Below, piece after piece: positions 29,585-38,591 of a DNA stretch of 64,000 nucleotides (within the stretch, counting starts at the first letter, position 1; each line of letters starts with the position of its first letter). The DNA lies in NCBI GenBank assembly GCA_963700145.1, contig OY969474.1, positions 1,056,001 through 1,120,000 of the forward strand, in the 5' to 3' direction. This DNA is from an uncultured Acidobacteriota bacterium (GTDB taxonomy: Bacteria; Acidobacteriota; Thermoanaerobaculia; Multivoradales; UBA5704). The notes beneath the pieces were generated by a model. That model was not told the origin of the DNA. It saw nothing but the letters and a program-made list of their open reading frames with translations, and made no database searches. The position numbers and the translations under genes are program-made.

Positions 29585-30501
29585 TTACACGAGACCTGGC
29601 CGGGCCGGCCAGCTCCACTTTCCCTAGCCCGAACGTGGCGCCCTTGCCGACGTGGACCACCTCGGCCGCCCGCAGGAGCGGCGCGAAGGGCGCGAGGTCG
29701 CCTTCGAGGACGAGGGTGCCCGTCACGCCGCCGAGCTTCATCCGGCTCCGTTGGCGGTGGCTGTAGCGCTCCCAGTCGAGCCAACGGAGGTCGGCGCGGG
29801 CCACGCGGACGGCCTCGGCCCGCTCGAGCCACGGGCGCAGCGCCCACTCGACCCGCGCGCCGGGGACGTGGAGCTGCGCCAGCTCGAGCGTGCGCCGCAG
29901 CATCGCGAAGACGAGGTCGCGGAACCCCGGCTGCGCCACGAGGCGGTCGCGCACCTTGAGGCGGAGGGGAGTGACGAAGCGCAGGGCCAGCGGCCCGGGC
30001 GGCAGCCCGTCGAGCGGAGGCAGAGAGGGGCCGGTCGTCTCCACGCGCTCCAGCCGAAAGCGCCCCCGGCCCGCTCCCAGCCCGCCGCGCGCCATCCGTT
30101 CGAGCGCGAGCGCGGCGTAGCCTTGCAGGTCCACCGCCTGCCGATGAGGAGCCAGGTCGAACGCGAGGGGGTCGCCGGGAGCGAGCGTCCCCGCCGTGCC
30201 GCGCGGCTCGAAGACGTACGGGCACGGGCCGCGGGTGAGGCCGCGCAGGAAGGGAGGGGGCGTGCCGCCGAGGAAGGTCTCGAAGAGCCCGCGGATGGAC
30301 GCAGGCCGGCCACAGGCTGCAGGTGGCGCAGGGCTGCGCCGGCCCCATGACGCAGACGGTGCGGCGCAGCGCGTGGCCGAAGGCGCTGCGGAGCATCGAG
30401 CCGTGGTAGGCGGGGAGCGAGGCCGGCTCCTCCGCACGCAAGGTGGCGCGCAGGCGCACGTACGGCAGGCGCGGCAGCTCGGGGAGCGGGCGCTCCGTCA
30501 C
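29585..30501 (-). pseudogene. cas6: Second cas6, frameshifted
   Basis: N-term 'LPYVRLRATLRAEEPASLPAYHGSMLRSAFG' in one frame, 'LFETFLGG...HVGKGATFGLG' in another (shift ~30290; further local shifts ~30140-30155); paralog of 21437..22441. Confidence 0.85.
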
Positions 30502-30609
30502 GACTGAGGACCTCCCGGCAGAATCGCTCGAAGATTCTCAGAGATTGTACTGGAGGTCGCCGGCGGTCCCCCTCGTGGTATGATTTTTTCCTACCGAAGG
30601 AGTGCGGTC

Positions 30610-30846
30610 ATGAGCGCCGCGGTCAAGAAGACCATCTCTCTCCCTGCGGAGCTCGCCCGGGAGGCGGAGGAGACCGCACAGGCTGAGGGGAAAACGCTCA
30701 GCGCCGTCGTCCAGGATGCCCTGCGCCTGGCTCGCAGGACGCGCCTCGAGCGGGAGCTGAAGGAGCTCCAGGGTTACTGGAGCCGTCGGGCGCGGGAGCG
30801 GGGGATTCTCACGGAAGACGACCTGGCTCCCTACCTCGGCGATTGA
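30610..30846 (+). CDS. Ribbon-helix-helix antitoxin
   Basis: 'KKTISLPAELA...EGKTLSAVVQDAL'; AAGGAG RBS; coupled to PIN gene. Confidence 0.8.
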   Translation: MSAAVKKTISLPAELAREAEETAQAEGKTLSAVVQDALRLARRTRLERELKELQGYWSRRARERGILTEDDLAPYLGD

Positions 30847-31238
30847 AGGTCGTCTTCGACACCAACATCTTCGTCTCCGCCCTGATGATTCCCGGCGGCC
30901 AAGCGGAGCGCGCGTTGCGCCGCGTCGTCGAGGGGCGGGACGAGCTCCTCGTCTCCAGGGCGATCATCTCGGAGCTCGTCGACGTGCTGGGGCGGAAGTT
31001 CGCACGCGACGCGGAGGAGCTTTCGCGCGTCGCTCTCTTCGTCGCCGATCTCGGCACGCTGATCGAACCTTCCAAGCAGGTCTCGGTGCTGGCGGACGAG
31101 CGCGACAACAACGTGCTGGCGTGCGCCCTCGCGGGCAAGGCCGACCTCGTCGTGACCGGTGACCACGCGATGCTCCGCCTGGGTGAGCACGAGGGGACGC
31201 GAATCGTCACTCCGAGGGACTACCTCGCGGAAGGCTAG
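30843..31238 (+). CDS. PIN-domain toxin (VapC-like)
   Basis: 'VVFDTNIFVSAL', 'DERDNNVLACA', 'VVTGD'. Confidence 0.88.
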   Translation: MKVVFDTNIFVSALMIPGGQAERALRRVVEGRDELLVSRAIISELVDVLGRKFARDAEELSRVALFVADLGTLIEPSKQVSVLADERDNNVLACALAGKADLVVTGDHAMLRLGEHEGTRIVTPRDYLAEG

Positions 31239-31350
31239 AGCCACAGGCAGACAAGCGGCCGGCGGCAACCGCGCCGCCTCGCCACATTTCAGCTCATTTC
31301 CCCTTCGCGCTAGCGAAGTCGTTTGCGCCGTCCTCACGGGCGCCGCCCTC

Positions 31351-32171
31351 GTTGCAATCCCTTCCTGCTGATCAGGTCGTTTCCGCCCTTCACGGACGTG
31401 GTCTTCGTCCTGCGGTTCCCCAGCATCAAGAGAGTCGCAATCCCTCGTTGCTGATCAGGTCGTTTCCGCCGCACCTGCTGGCGTCGCTCTCCGACCGGGA
31501 CATCGACCGCTACCGTCGCAATCCCTCGTTGCTGATCAGGTCGTTTCCGCCGCAGACGAGGAGTGCTTGACCTACGAGACCGCCACGGGTGAGTCGCAAT
31601 CCCTCGTTGCTGATCAGGTCGTTTCCGCCCACGGAGGTGGGCAAGGGTCGCTGCCAGGTGTCACACACGGCGTCGCAATCCCTCGTTGCTGATCAGGCCG
31701 TTTCCGCCCTGCAGAGCTGGTGGCAGCAATGGCCAGACGCAAACATTGGTTGTCGCAATCCCTCGTTGCTGATCAGGTCGTTTCCGCCAACGTCCAGACC
31801 GCCCGCTTCATCACTCCCTCCTACTGTCGCAATCCCTCGTTGCTGATCAGGTCGTTTCCGCCGGAGACGCGCTGTTTCCCCAGGAACCCGGAGCACAGGA
31901 GAAGTCGCAATCCCTCGTTGCTGATCAGGTCGTTTCCGCCGGCTCGGGCAACAGCAGCCATGCCCAGTTCTCCGTGGAGAAGTCGCAATCCCTCGTTGCT
32001 GATCAGGTCGTTTCCGCCTGTTCTCGAGGTCGTGCGCGATCCCCAGGACCCGGACGTGCTTGTCGCAATCCCTCGTTGCTGATCAGGTCGTTTCCGCCGC
32101 TGACCCGACACGAAGGCCGCATCAAGCGCAAGAAGTCGCAATCCCTCGTTGCTGATCAGGTCGTTTCCGCC
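31351..32171 (-). CRISPR. CRISPR array 2 (11 repeats, 10 spacers), variant repeat
   Basis: Repeat GTCGCAATCCCTCGTTGCTGATCAGGTCGTTTCCGCC; degenerate terminal repeat at 31351. Confidence 0.97.
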
Positions 32172-32395
32172 TCTACCCTTTCCAGGCCCTTGCGGATCAA
32201 GCACTTATGGGGCCTTCCGCCGTTACCCCTCGGAAACCGGTCCGCTGCGGCCTGCATTTCTCACCTCTTTCCGCGGCGCTCCGCGCCGCAAATGCTCTCC
32301 CTGCTTCGATTTCCCTCTCCGGCCGTTACCCTGCCACCAAATTGGCGACTCGATGCTGGCACGGCTTTTGACCGGCACGCTTCTTGTCTGTTCCC
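32172..32395 (-). promoter_or_regulatory. CRISPR leader of array 2 with IHF-like site
   Basis: Lower-GC noncoding tract between cas2 stop and first repeat; ATCAAGCACTTA at 32196-32207 resembles WATCAANNNNTTR. Confidence 0.65.
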
Positions 32396-32659
32396 TCAGA
32401 GCACATACACGTCCGGGTCCTCCGTCGCCTTTCCCACGCCGTGGATGACGGCCTTCCCCGCGCACTCGCCGCACAGGCGGTAGATCCGCACGCTGTCCCT
32501 TCCGTTGTCAAGGAGCTTCGTCACCCGCGCGCTCAGGCGCTCGATCTGTGCCGGCTCGAGGCGGCACTCGAAGACAGACTACTGCTCCCGCACGCCGAAG
32601 TCCTCCAGCGTCTTGGCCAGCCGCGTCCGGCGCCCGTCGTCGGGGATGTCGGCGAGGAC
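32396..32659 (-). pseudogene. cas2: cas2 with nonsense codon and lost start
   Basis: 'DIPDDGRRTRLAKTLEDFGVREQ*SVFECRL...DSVRIYRLCGEC'; TAG at 32579-32581 replaces conserved Tyr/Lys position. Confidence 0.88.
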
Positions 32660-32713
32660 GTAGCCGAAGGAGAGGAGGGCGTTCGCCGGATCGCGCGGCG
32701 GATTCCTCGAGCG
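32660..32713 (-). pseudogene. cas1: cas1 fragment fused in frame to cas2
   Basis: 'RSRNPPRDPANALLSFGY', typical Cas1 core motif. Confidence 0.75.
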
Positions 32714-32741
32714 GCCCAGCGCATCGGCCGCGAGCGGTCGG

Positions 32742-33352
32742 GAAGCCTCCCAGGCCGCAAGTTGCGCTCTCCCGCGCGAGGCGCAAGCCTGGAAAGCCGC
32801 GAGTTGCTCTTCCCGACACGCTGGCGGGGCTCGACGACCGCGCGGCGAGCGGGGTGGAGGCGCCGGCGGGAGGTCGGAAGCGGCATCGGAAGCTTTCCCG
32901 GCCGCGATTTGGGGCTCCGACGGCGCGGGCGAAGCTTCGAACGCCGCGAATCGGGACTCCGGGGGAACGAGATGAGCTTTCAGTGCCGCGAAGTGCCGCT
33001 CCTTCCCTGACCGCAAGCTCTCCCTGGCCGCGAAAGAATGTTCCCTTAGTGAAGAGGGAAGCTTCCCCTACCGCGAAGCAGGCTTTGCCTCGCCACGAGT
33101 TGCGCTTCTAATGCCGCGAACTACGAGTGGATGCCACGAATCAAGGCTCGGAAGGAGGCGGATCAACCTTCAGACGCCGCGAACATCGCTTCCGCGCCTC
33201 GCGCCAAGCCCCTCCCCCGCCGCGAGAGAAGCTTCCCTCCGCGGCCGGGAAAGCTCCCCCGCCGCGAAACCCTGTTCCCTGCCCGACCGGGAAGATTCAC
33301 CCTGTCGCGGGACTGCATTTGCCCGCGGCGAGAGAGCGTTACTCCTCCGCGA
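32742..33352. repeat. Degenerate ~42-bp periodic repeat (AAGCTT-N5/6-GCCGCGAA core)
   Basis: Core at 32754, 32796, 32901, 32943, 32985, 33027, 33070, 33113, 33176, 33219, 33261, 33304, 33346. Confidence 0.75.
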
Positions 33353-33429
33353 TTCAGCCGCTGAGGCCAGCGGAGGTCGGCGGCGACGACGCGCATCCGT
33401 CACGCCCGCGATGGCTCCCGGGCCGCCAT

Positions 33430-33816
33430 TCAGCTCTCGAGAAGGACCGGGTCGATCAAATCGATCTCGCAGCGGTGAACCTCCCGCAGCAGGGGGTCGC
33501 CCGCGGCTTCGAGCTGGGCGAGCTCGCGCTCGGTCGTCACGAAGAGATCGAGCGGGCACGGCAGCGGCGCGAGGGCGGCCAACACCTCGGGGACCCGGTC
33601 CTTGGGGTCGCGATGGGGGCTCGCGCCGAGCACCACCAGCAGGTCGGCGTCCGAGCGCGGGCCGGCGGTGCCGTCGGCGAGAGAGCCGAAAAGGACCAGG
33701 CGGCGGAGCGCCGGCAGGCGCCGGCGGGCGCGCTCGGCGGCGGCGCGGAGCTCCTGGATGCGCAGGCCGCGGTCAAGGTAGACCGCGCCGGCAGGCGTCG
33801 AGGATCGCGCGTGCAT
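33430..33816 (-). CDS. Minimal nucleotidyltransferase (MNT)
   Basis: 'VLFGSLADGTAGPRSDADLLVV'; start uncertain. Confidence 0.8.
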   Translation of the reverse strand: MHARSSTPAGAVYLDRGLRIQELRAAAERARRRLPALRRLVLFGSLADGTAGPRSDADLLVVLGASPHRDPKDRVPEVLAALAPLPCPLDLFVTTERELAQLEAAGDPLLREVHRCEIDLIDPVLLES

Positions 33817-34159
33817 GGGCGATGGCCTCCCGGGCCTCGTCGGCGGTGTAGAGCTTCCCCGGATATCCCGCCGCGAGGCCGTTCGGGTAGCGGGCGGGAA
33901 TGTAGTGCTTGTCGAGGCGGTGGGCGGCCGCGGAGACCTCCGGCGCGATCGCCATCGACGCGGGGAGCGCTTCGACGAGCAGCGCGAGCGAGTGTCCCCA
34001 CGGCTCACCGCCGGCCGCAAGGATCAGGGCCTTGAGCCCCTTCTCGGCCGCCTGATGCGCCGCAAAGGCCGTCCACTCGAAGTCCCCGTCCTCGAGCGAG
34101 TGCTCGGCGTGTCCGAGATCCCGCTGCGCCTGCGCCCACCAGTCGCGCCAGCGGTTCAT
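33773..34159 (-). CDS. HEPN domain protein (MNT-associated)
   Basis: 'AFAAHQAAEKGLKA', 'GHSL', 'HYIPARYP'. Confidence 0.88.
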   Translation of the reverse strand: MNRWRDWWAQAQRDLGHAEHSLEDGDFEWTAFAAHQAAEKGLKALILAAGGEPWGHSLALLVEALPASMAIAPEVSAAAHRLDKHYIPARYPNGLAAGYPGKLYTADEAREAIAHARAILDACRRGLP

Positions 34160-34218
34160 GCCGCGACTCTAACAGCCGGAGCGGCAGGAGAGCCCACGGA
34201 AAGCGTGGAGGCTCCCGA

Positions 34219-35111
34219 CTCGCAATCCCTTCGTGCTGATCAGGTCGATTCCGCCAACGTCCTGGACATTGCTTTCGCCCTGCCCGGCCGCGTCGCAATC
34301 CCTCCCTGCTGATCAGGTCGTTTCCGCCCACTCTGGCCACGCCGCTCAGCATCCAGGAGGGCAAGTTCCAGAAGTCGCAATCCCTCTGTGCTGATCAGGT
34401 CGTTTCCGCCACCCGCATCCACTCCTCGATCTCCCCCACCAACCCCGGAAACATCGGCGTCGCAATCCCTCCGTGCTGATCAGGTCATCTCCGCCTGTGG
34501 TCAGCATGTACACGAACCAGAGCTGGGGCCGCAACTGTCGCAACCCCTCCCTGCTCAGGTCGATTCCGCCGGAACGTCTTTCTGCGGCGGAGCAAAGGTC
34601 AAGCTGGACAAGCAGACAGCTGGAGCTGGCTCGTCGCAATCCCTCCGTGCTGATCAGGTCGTTTCCGCCGTGGAGAGGTACCGCCGGCATCTGGAGCAAA
34701 TCCTTCAGTCGCAATCCCTCCGTGTGATCAGGTCGTTGCCGCCGGGGAGCTCGCTGGCCTCATGTACCTGGCCGCCTCCGGGCGGTGCGCGTCGCAATCC
34801 CTCCGCGCTGATCAGGTCGTTCCGCCTCAACCGACTACTACGACCCTCCTCTCAGTCTACTGCTCCAGGTCGCAATCCCTCCGTGCTGATCAGGCCGTTT
34901 CCGCCCATCGGTGAGAACCACCCTCATCGGTTTCATCGTCTTCTGCGTGCGTCGCAATCCCTCCGTGCTGATCAGGTCGTTTCCGCCGAAGACCCGCCAG
35001 TTGACCGACGAAAGGAAGGCCCTCTCAGAAGTCGCAATCCCTCCGTGCTGATCAGGTCGTTTCCGCCGCCGTGCTTGCTACGCCCATCGTCCGGGTGCCC
35101 GGTACGGAGCC
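34219..35111 (-). CRISPR. CRISPR array 3, trailer segment (11 repeats, several degenerate)
   Basis: Array-1-type repeat from 34219 to 35067. Confidence 0.95.
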
Positions 35112-35145
35112 TGTCAAGCCCGTTGAGACAGAGTTCAGAGAGAAA

Positions 35146-36156
35146 TTAGGGAAGTCTCGTCGGGGTGTCCTCCTGGGGAGGGTTGATCCAGACGGCCTGG
35201 GGGAGTTGCCGAGGACGGGGCACGCGGTGGAAGCGTTCCGGGTGGGCGGCGTAGGCCGCACGGAGGACGTCGGCGCGGCGGGCGAGGATCTCGGGGGCGC
35301 GGCCGAAATGGACGTCGGCGGGGGTCAGCAGCGCCAGGCCAGAGTGGTGGTGCTGGTGGTTGTACCAGGGGAAGAAACCGCGGCAGAAGAGCCGGCCGTC
35401 CTCGAGCGAGCCAAAGCGATCGGGAAACAGCGGATGGTACTTCAGGGTCTTGAGTTGGGCCTCGGAGTAGGGATTGTCGTTGCTGGTGTGGGGGCGGCTG
35501 TGGCTGTTGAGGATCCCGAGGTCGGCCAGCAGCTGAGCCACCGACTTCGACGTCATGCTCGGGCCGCGATCGGCGTGCAGCGTCAGCGCGCCCGCGACCA
35601 CGGGATACTTGGCAAGGGTCTCGGCCAGCAGACGCTGAGCGAGCAGCTCACTCTCGCGTTGGGCCAGCAGCCAGCCGACGACGTAGCGGCTGAAGATGTC
35701 GAGCACCACGTAGAGGCTGTAGTGGATCCCCTTGGCCGGCCCGCGGAGCTTGGTGATGTCCCAGGACCAGACCTGGTTGGGGCCGGTGGCCAAGAGCTCG
35801 GGCTTGCGGTAGAGGGGGTGGCGCAGCTGGTGGCGTCGCTCCCGCACCTCGCCCTGGCGCGCCAGCAGGCGGTACATGGTGCGCACCGAGCAGAGGTAGT
35901 GACCTTCGTCGAGCAGGGTGGCGTGGACCTGAGCCGGGGAGGCGTCGACGAAGCGCGGGCTATGGAGGACCTCCAGGGTCTGCCGGCGTTCGTCGGCGCT
36001 GAGGGCCCGCGCCGGCGTGGGCCGGGGCGGCGGCGGCCGTCGCGGCCCGGCGCCGGCTTGGCGGCGGTGACGGTCCAGCGACGAGCGCGGCACACCCAGA
36101 GCCGTGCAGGCCCTCTGGACCCCGACGCGCTCGGCCAGCGCGGGCACAGCGCTCAT
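35146..36156 (-). CDS. IS3-family transposase OrfB (rve DDE)
   Basis: 'PNQVWSWDIT', 'LDIFSRYVVGW', 'HADRG', 'DNPYSEA'; ATGA overlap with orfA; A8 slippery run near 36213-36220. Confidence 0.9.
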   Translation of the reverse strand: MSAVPALAERVGVQRACTALGVPRSSLDRHRRQAGAGPRRPPPPRPTPARALSADERRQTLEVLHSPRFVDASPAQVHATLLDEGHYLCSVRTMYRLLARQGEVRERRHQLRHPLYRKPELLATGPNQVWSWDITKLRGPAKGIHYSLYVVLDIFSRYVVGWLLAQRESELLAQRLLAETLAKYPVVAGALTLHADRGPSMTSKSVAQLLADLGILNSHSRPHTSNDNPYSEAQLKTLKYHPLFPDRFGSLEDGRLFCRGFFPWYNHQHHHSGLALLTPADVHFGRAPEILARRADVLRAAYAAHPERFHRVPRPRQLPQAVWINPPQEDTPTRLP

Positions 36157-36689
36157 GCGCTCGTCTCGTCCTCGTCGGGTGCGGTCAGGCGGATGCCCAG
36201 CACCTCCGAGAGTTTTTTTTGCACCTCGACGATGGCCTCGGCCTGCTGCAGCGCGCGCTGCAACCGCTGGTTGTCGCGCTCGAGCCGACGCAGGTGCTCG
36301 CGCAAGGCCGTGTCGGGGTCGGGCTTGCGCCCGCGCGGACGGCCGAGGGCTGCGGCGCCTCCCTGCCGGTGGAGGGCACGCCAGCGGCCGAGATGGGAAG
36401 CGTACAGTCCTTCCCGCCGCAACAACGCACCGATCTCGCCGCGGCCCTGGCAACGGTCGGCCTGCTCGAGGATGCGCAGTTTGTAGGCGACCGAAAACTG
36501 CCGCCGCCGGGCCTTGGGCTCGACCTCAGGATCCGGGAGCGGATCCCGCGGCCCAGCCCGCAGCGTCGTGGGCGAGGAGGGTGGGGAGGCCTCTCCTCCC
36601 CCGCCCCCGGCCTCCCCACCCTCCCCGCCGACCCTTGCCTCCGCCCCCTGGACCCGCCACCCATCCTGCCTCTCCAACCCTCGCTTCAT
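36153..36689 (-). CDS. IS3-family transposase OrfA
   Basis: 'RRQFSVAYKLRIL...GALLRREGLYASHL', coiled coil, 'EVQKK'. Confidence 0.85.
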   Translation of the reverse strand: MKRGLERQDGWRVQGAEARVGGEGGEAGGGGGEASPPSSPTTLRAGPRDPLPDPEVEPKARRRQFSVAYKLRILEQADRCQGRGEIGALLRREGLYASHLGRWRALHRQGGAAALGRPRGRKPDPDTALREHLRRLERDNQRLQRALQQAEAIVEVQKKLSEVLGIRLTAPDEDETSA

Positions 36690-36755
36690 CGCCGCGCCTC
36701 TCTCCGCCCTCTACCCTATTTTGAGCACGCTCGCCTGTCTCACGGGATGTTGGCA

Positions 36756-38534
36756 GAGAGGGGTATCTTCGTCGCAATCCCAGCGTGCTGATCAGGTCGT
36801 TTCCGCCTGCGAGTGTGGGGACACGAGGTCACCTCGTCGTTCGATCCCATCGTCGCAATCCCTCCGTGCTGATCAGGTCGTTTCCGCCTCGACCAGGTCG
36901 ACGTCTGGTCGTGGAACTCGTCCTGCAGAAAGTCGCAATCCCTTCGTGCTGATCAGGTCATTTCCGCCAAAGCCGGGACGGTGACTGGAGATGGATGGTT
37001 CCCAAGGTCGCAATCCCTCCGTGCTGATCAGGTCGTTTCCGCCGACCCGTACGAGAGGTACCGCATTCCTGGTGGCAGCCGGCACGACTGTCGCAATCCC
37101 TCCGTGCTGATCAGGTCGATTCCGCCGCCGAGCGGGCGCGCCTCTGGAAGAAAGTGGACGACAAGGTCGCAATTCCTCCGTGCTGATCAGGTCGTTTCCT
37201 CCGCCTGCAGTTGCTCGCGCACTCCAGCCCGACGCTGTTCGAGAAGTCGCAATCCCTCCGTGCTGATCAGGTCGTTGCCTCCCACCTCGTCGGCGCGAGC
37301 GAACGGTGTGGAGGTCGAGAAGTCGCAATCCCTCCGTGCTGATCAGGTCGTTTTCCTCCGCATGCAGACGCCATCTCCAAGGCCATCGACGTCCTCTCGT
37401 CGCAATCCCTCCGTGCTGATCAGGTCGTTTCCTCTCGGGATTTATCCTGCGAGTCATGAAGTCACTGGGAAGGTCGCAATCCCTCCGTGCGCTGATCAGG
37501 TCGTTTCCTCACACCTGGCGTGGCATCATCTACGTCGCCCTCTTCCCCTGGTCGCCGCAATCCCTCCGTGCTGATCAGGTCGTTTCCTCCGGCGAGCAGA
37601 GCGCGCGGGTGTACACCTTCATCGGTCGCCACGGCAAGTCGCAATCCCTCCGTGCTGATCAGGTCGTTTCCGCCAAGAGCGAGTGGGGGGTCAGTCGTTT
37701 CCGCCGTCCTCCTGCTCGCCGGGTGCGCGACGGGAGCGCCGGCGTCGCAATCCCTCCGTGCTGATCAGGTCGTTTCCTCCGCGTTCACTGGTCCAACCAC
37801 CAAGTGGACGATCCGGCAGGTCGGGTCGCAATCCCTCCGTGCTGATCAGGTCGTTTCCTCCGGCAACTTCTTCCTCAAGCTGGCATCGGTCCTGTGGTTC
37901 ATAGTCGCAATTCCTTCCGTGCTGATCAGGTCGCTTCCGCCATCAACAAACCCACCCTCGCTCCTCAAGTCGCCTCGAAGTTGTCGCAATCCCTCCGTGC
38001 TGATCAGGTCGTTTCCTCCGACTGCTCTGGGCGCACTGCGGCTGGATATTCTTCAAGAAGTCGCAATCCCCCGTGCTGATCAGGTCGTTTCCGCCCCGGT
38101 TGATACGTTCCATCATCAGTCTTGGGTAGAAGCGATCTCGTCGCAATCCCTCCGTGCTGATCAAGTCGTTTCCGCCACCAGCCCAGCGTGGTCAAGGGCG
38201 ACGCCATCTACAAGGCGCTCGTCGCAATCCCCCCGTGCTGATCAGGTCGTTTCCGCCGACAAGGCCTTCGGCCCCGACGATAGCGACATGCTCGCGGCGA
38301 AGTCGCAATCCCTCCGTGCTGATCAGGTCGTCTCCGCCGCTCGTTTGACCTCGGGTTCCCGTACACCCTCGAACGCATCCAGTCGCAATCCTTCCGTGCT
38401 GATCAGGTCGTTTCCGCCGACACCGCGTCTCCATGCGGTCCTGACCCTGCTGCTGGCCGCCGATCATCCAGACGCACGATTTGGTGAGCCCATTCCCAGT
38501 CGTAGTCCCTCTGGCTAATCAGGTCGTCTCCGCG
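36756..38534 (-). CRISPR. CRISPR array 3, proximal segment (~21 full repeats plus partial/degenerate ones)
   Basis: Repeats 36771 to 38382, partial at ~37694, degenerate at 38499. Confidence 0.95.
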
Positions 38535-38591
38535 GCTCCGTCACGACTGAGGGCGTTCGGATATTTTAGGGATTCTATAGGAGGCTCCGCG

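Larger units (their letters stand above)
35112..36755 (-). mobile_element. IS3-family element (~1644 bp)
   Basis: TG...CA ends, imperfect IR TGTCAAGCCCGTTGAGACAG / TGCCAACATCCCGTGAGACAG; orfA/orfB; no DR visible. Confidence 0.85.

Noticed and set aside
22432-38518. Many ORFs with repeated RNPSVLIRSFPP / SQSLRADQVVS / GGNDLISTEGLR
   Set aside because: Translations of CRISPR repeats, not proteins
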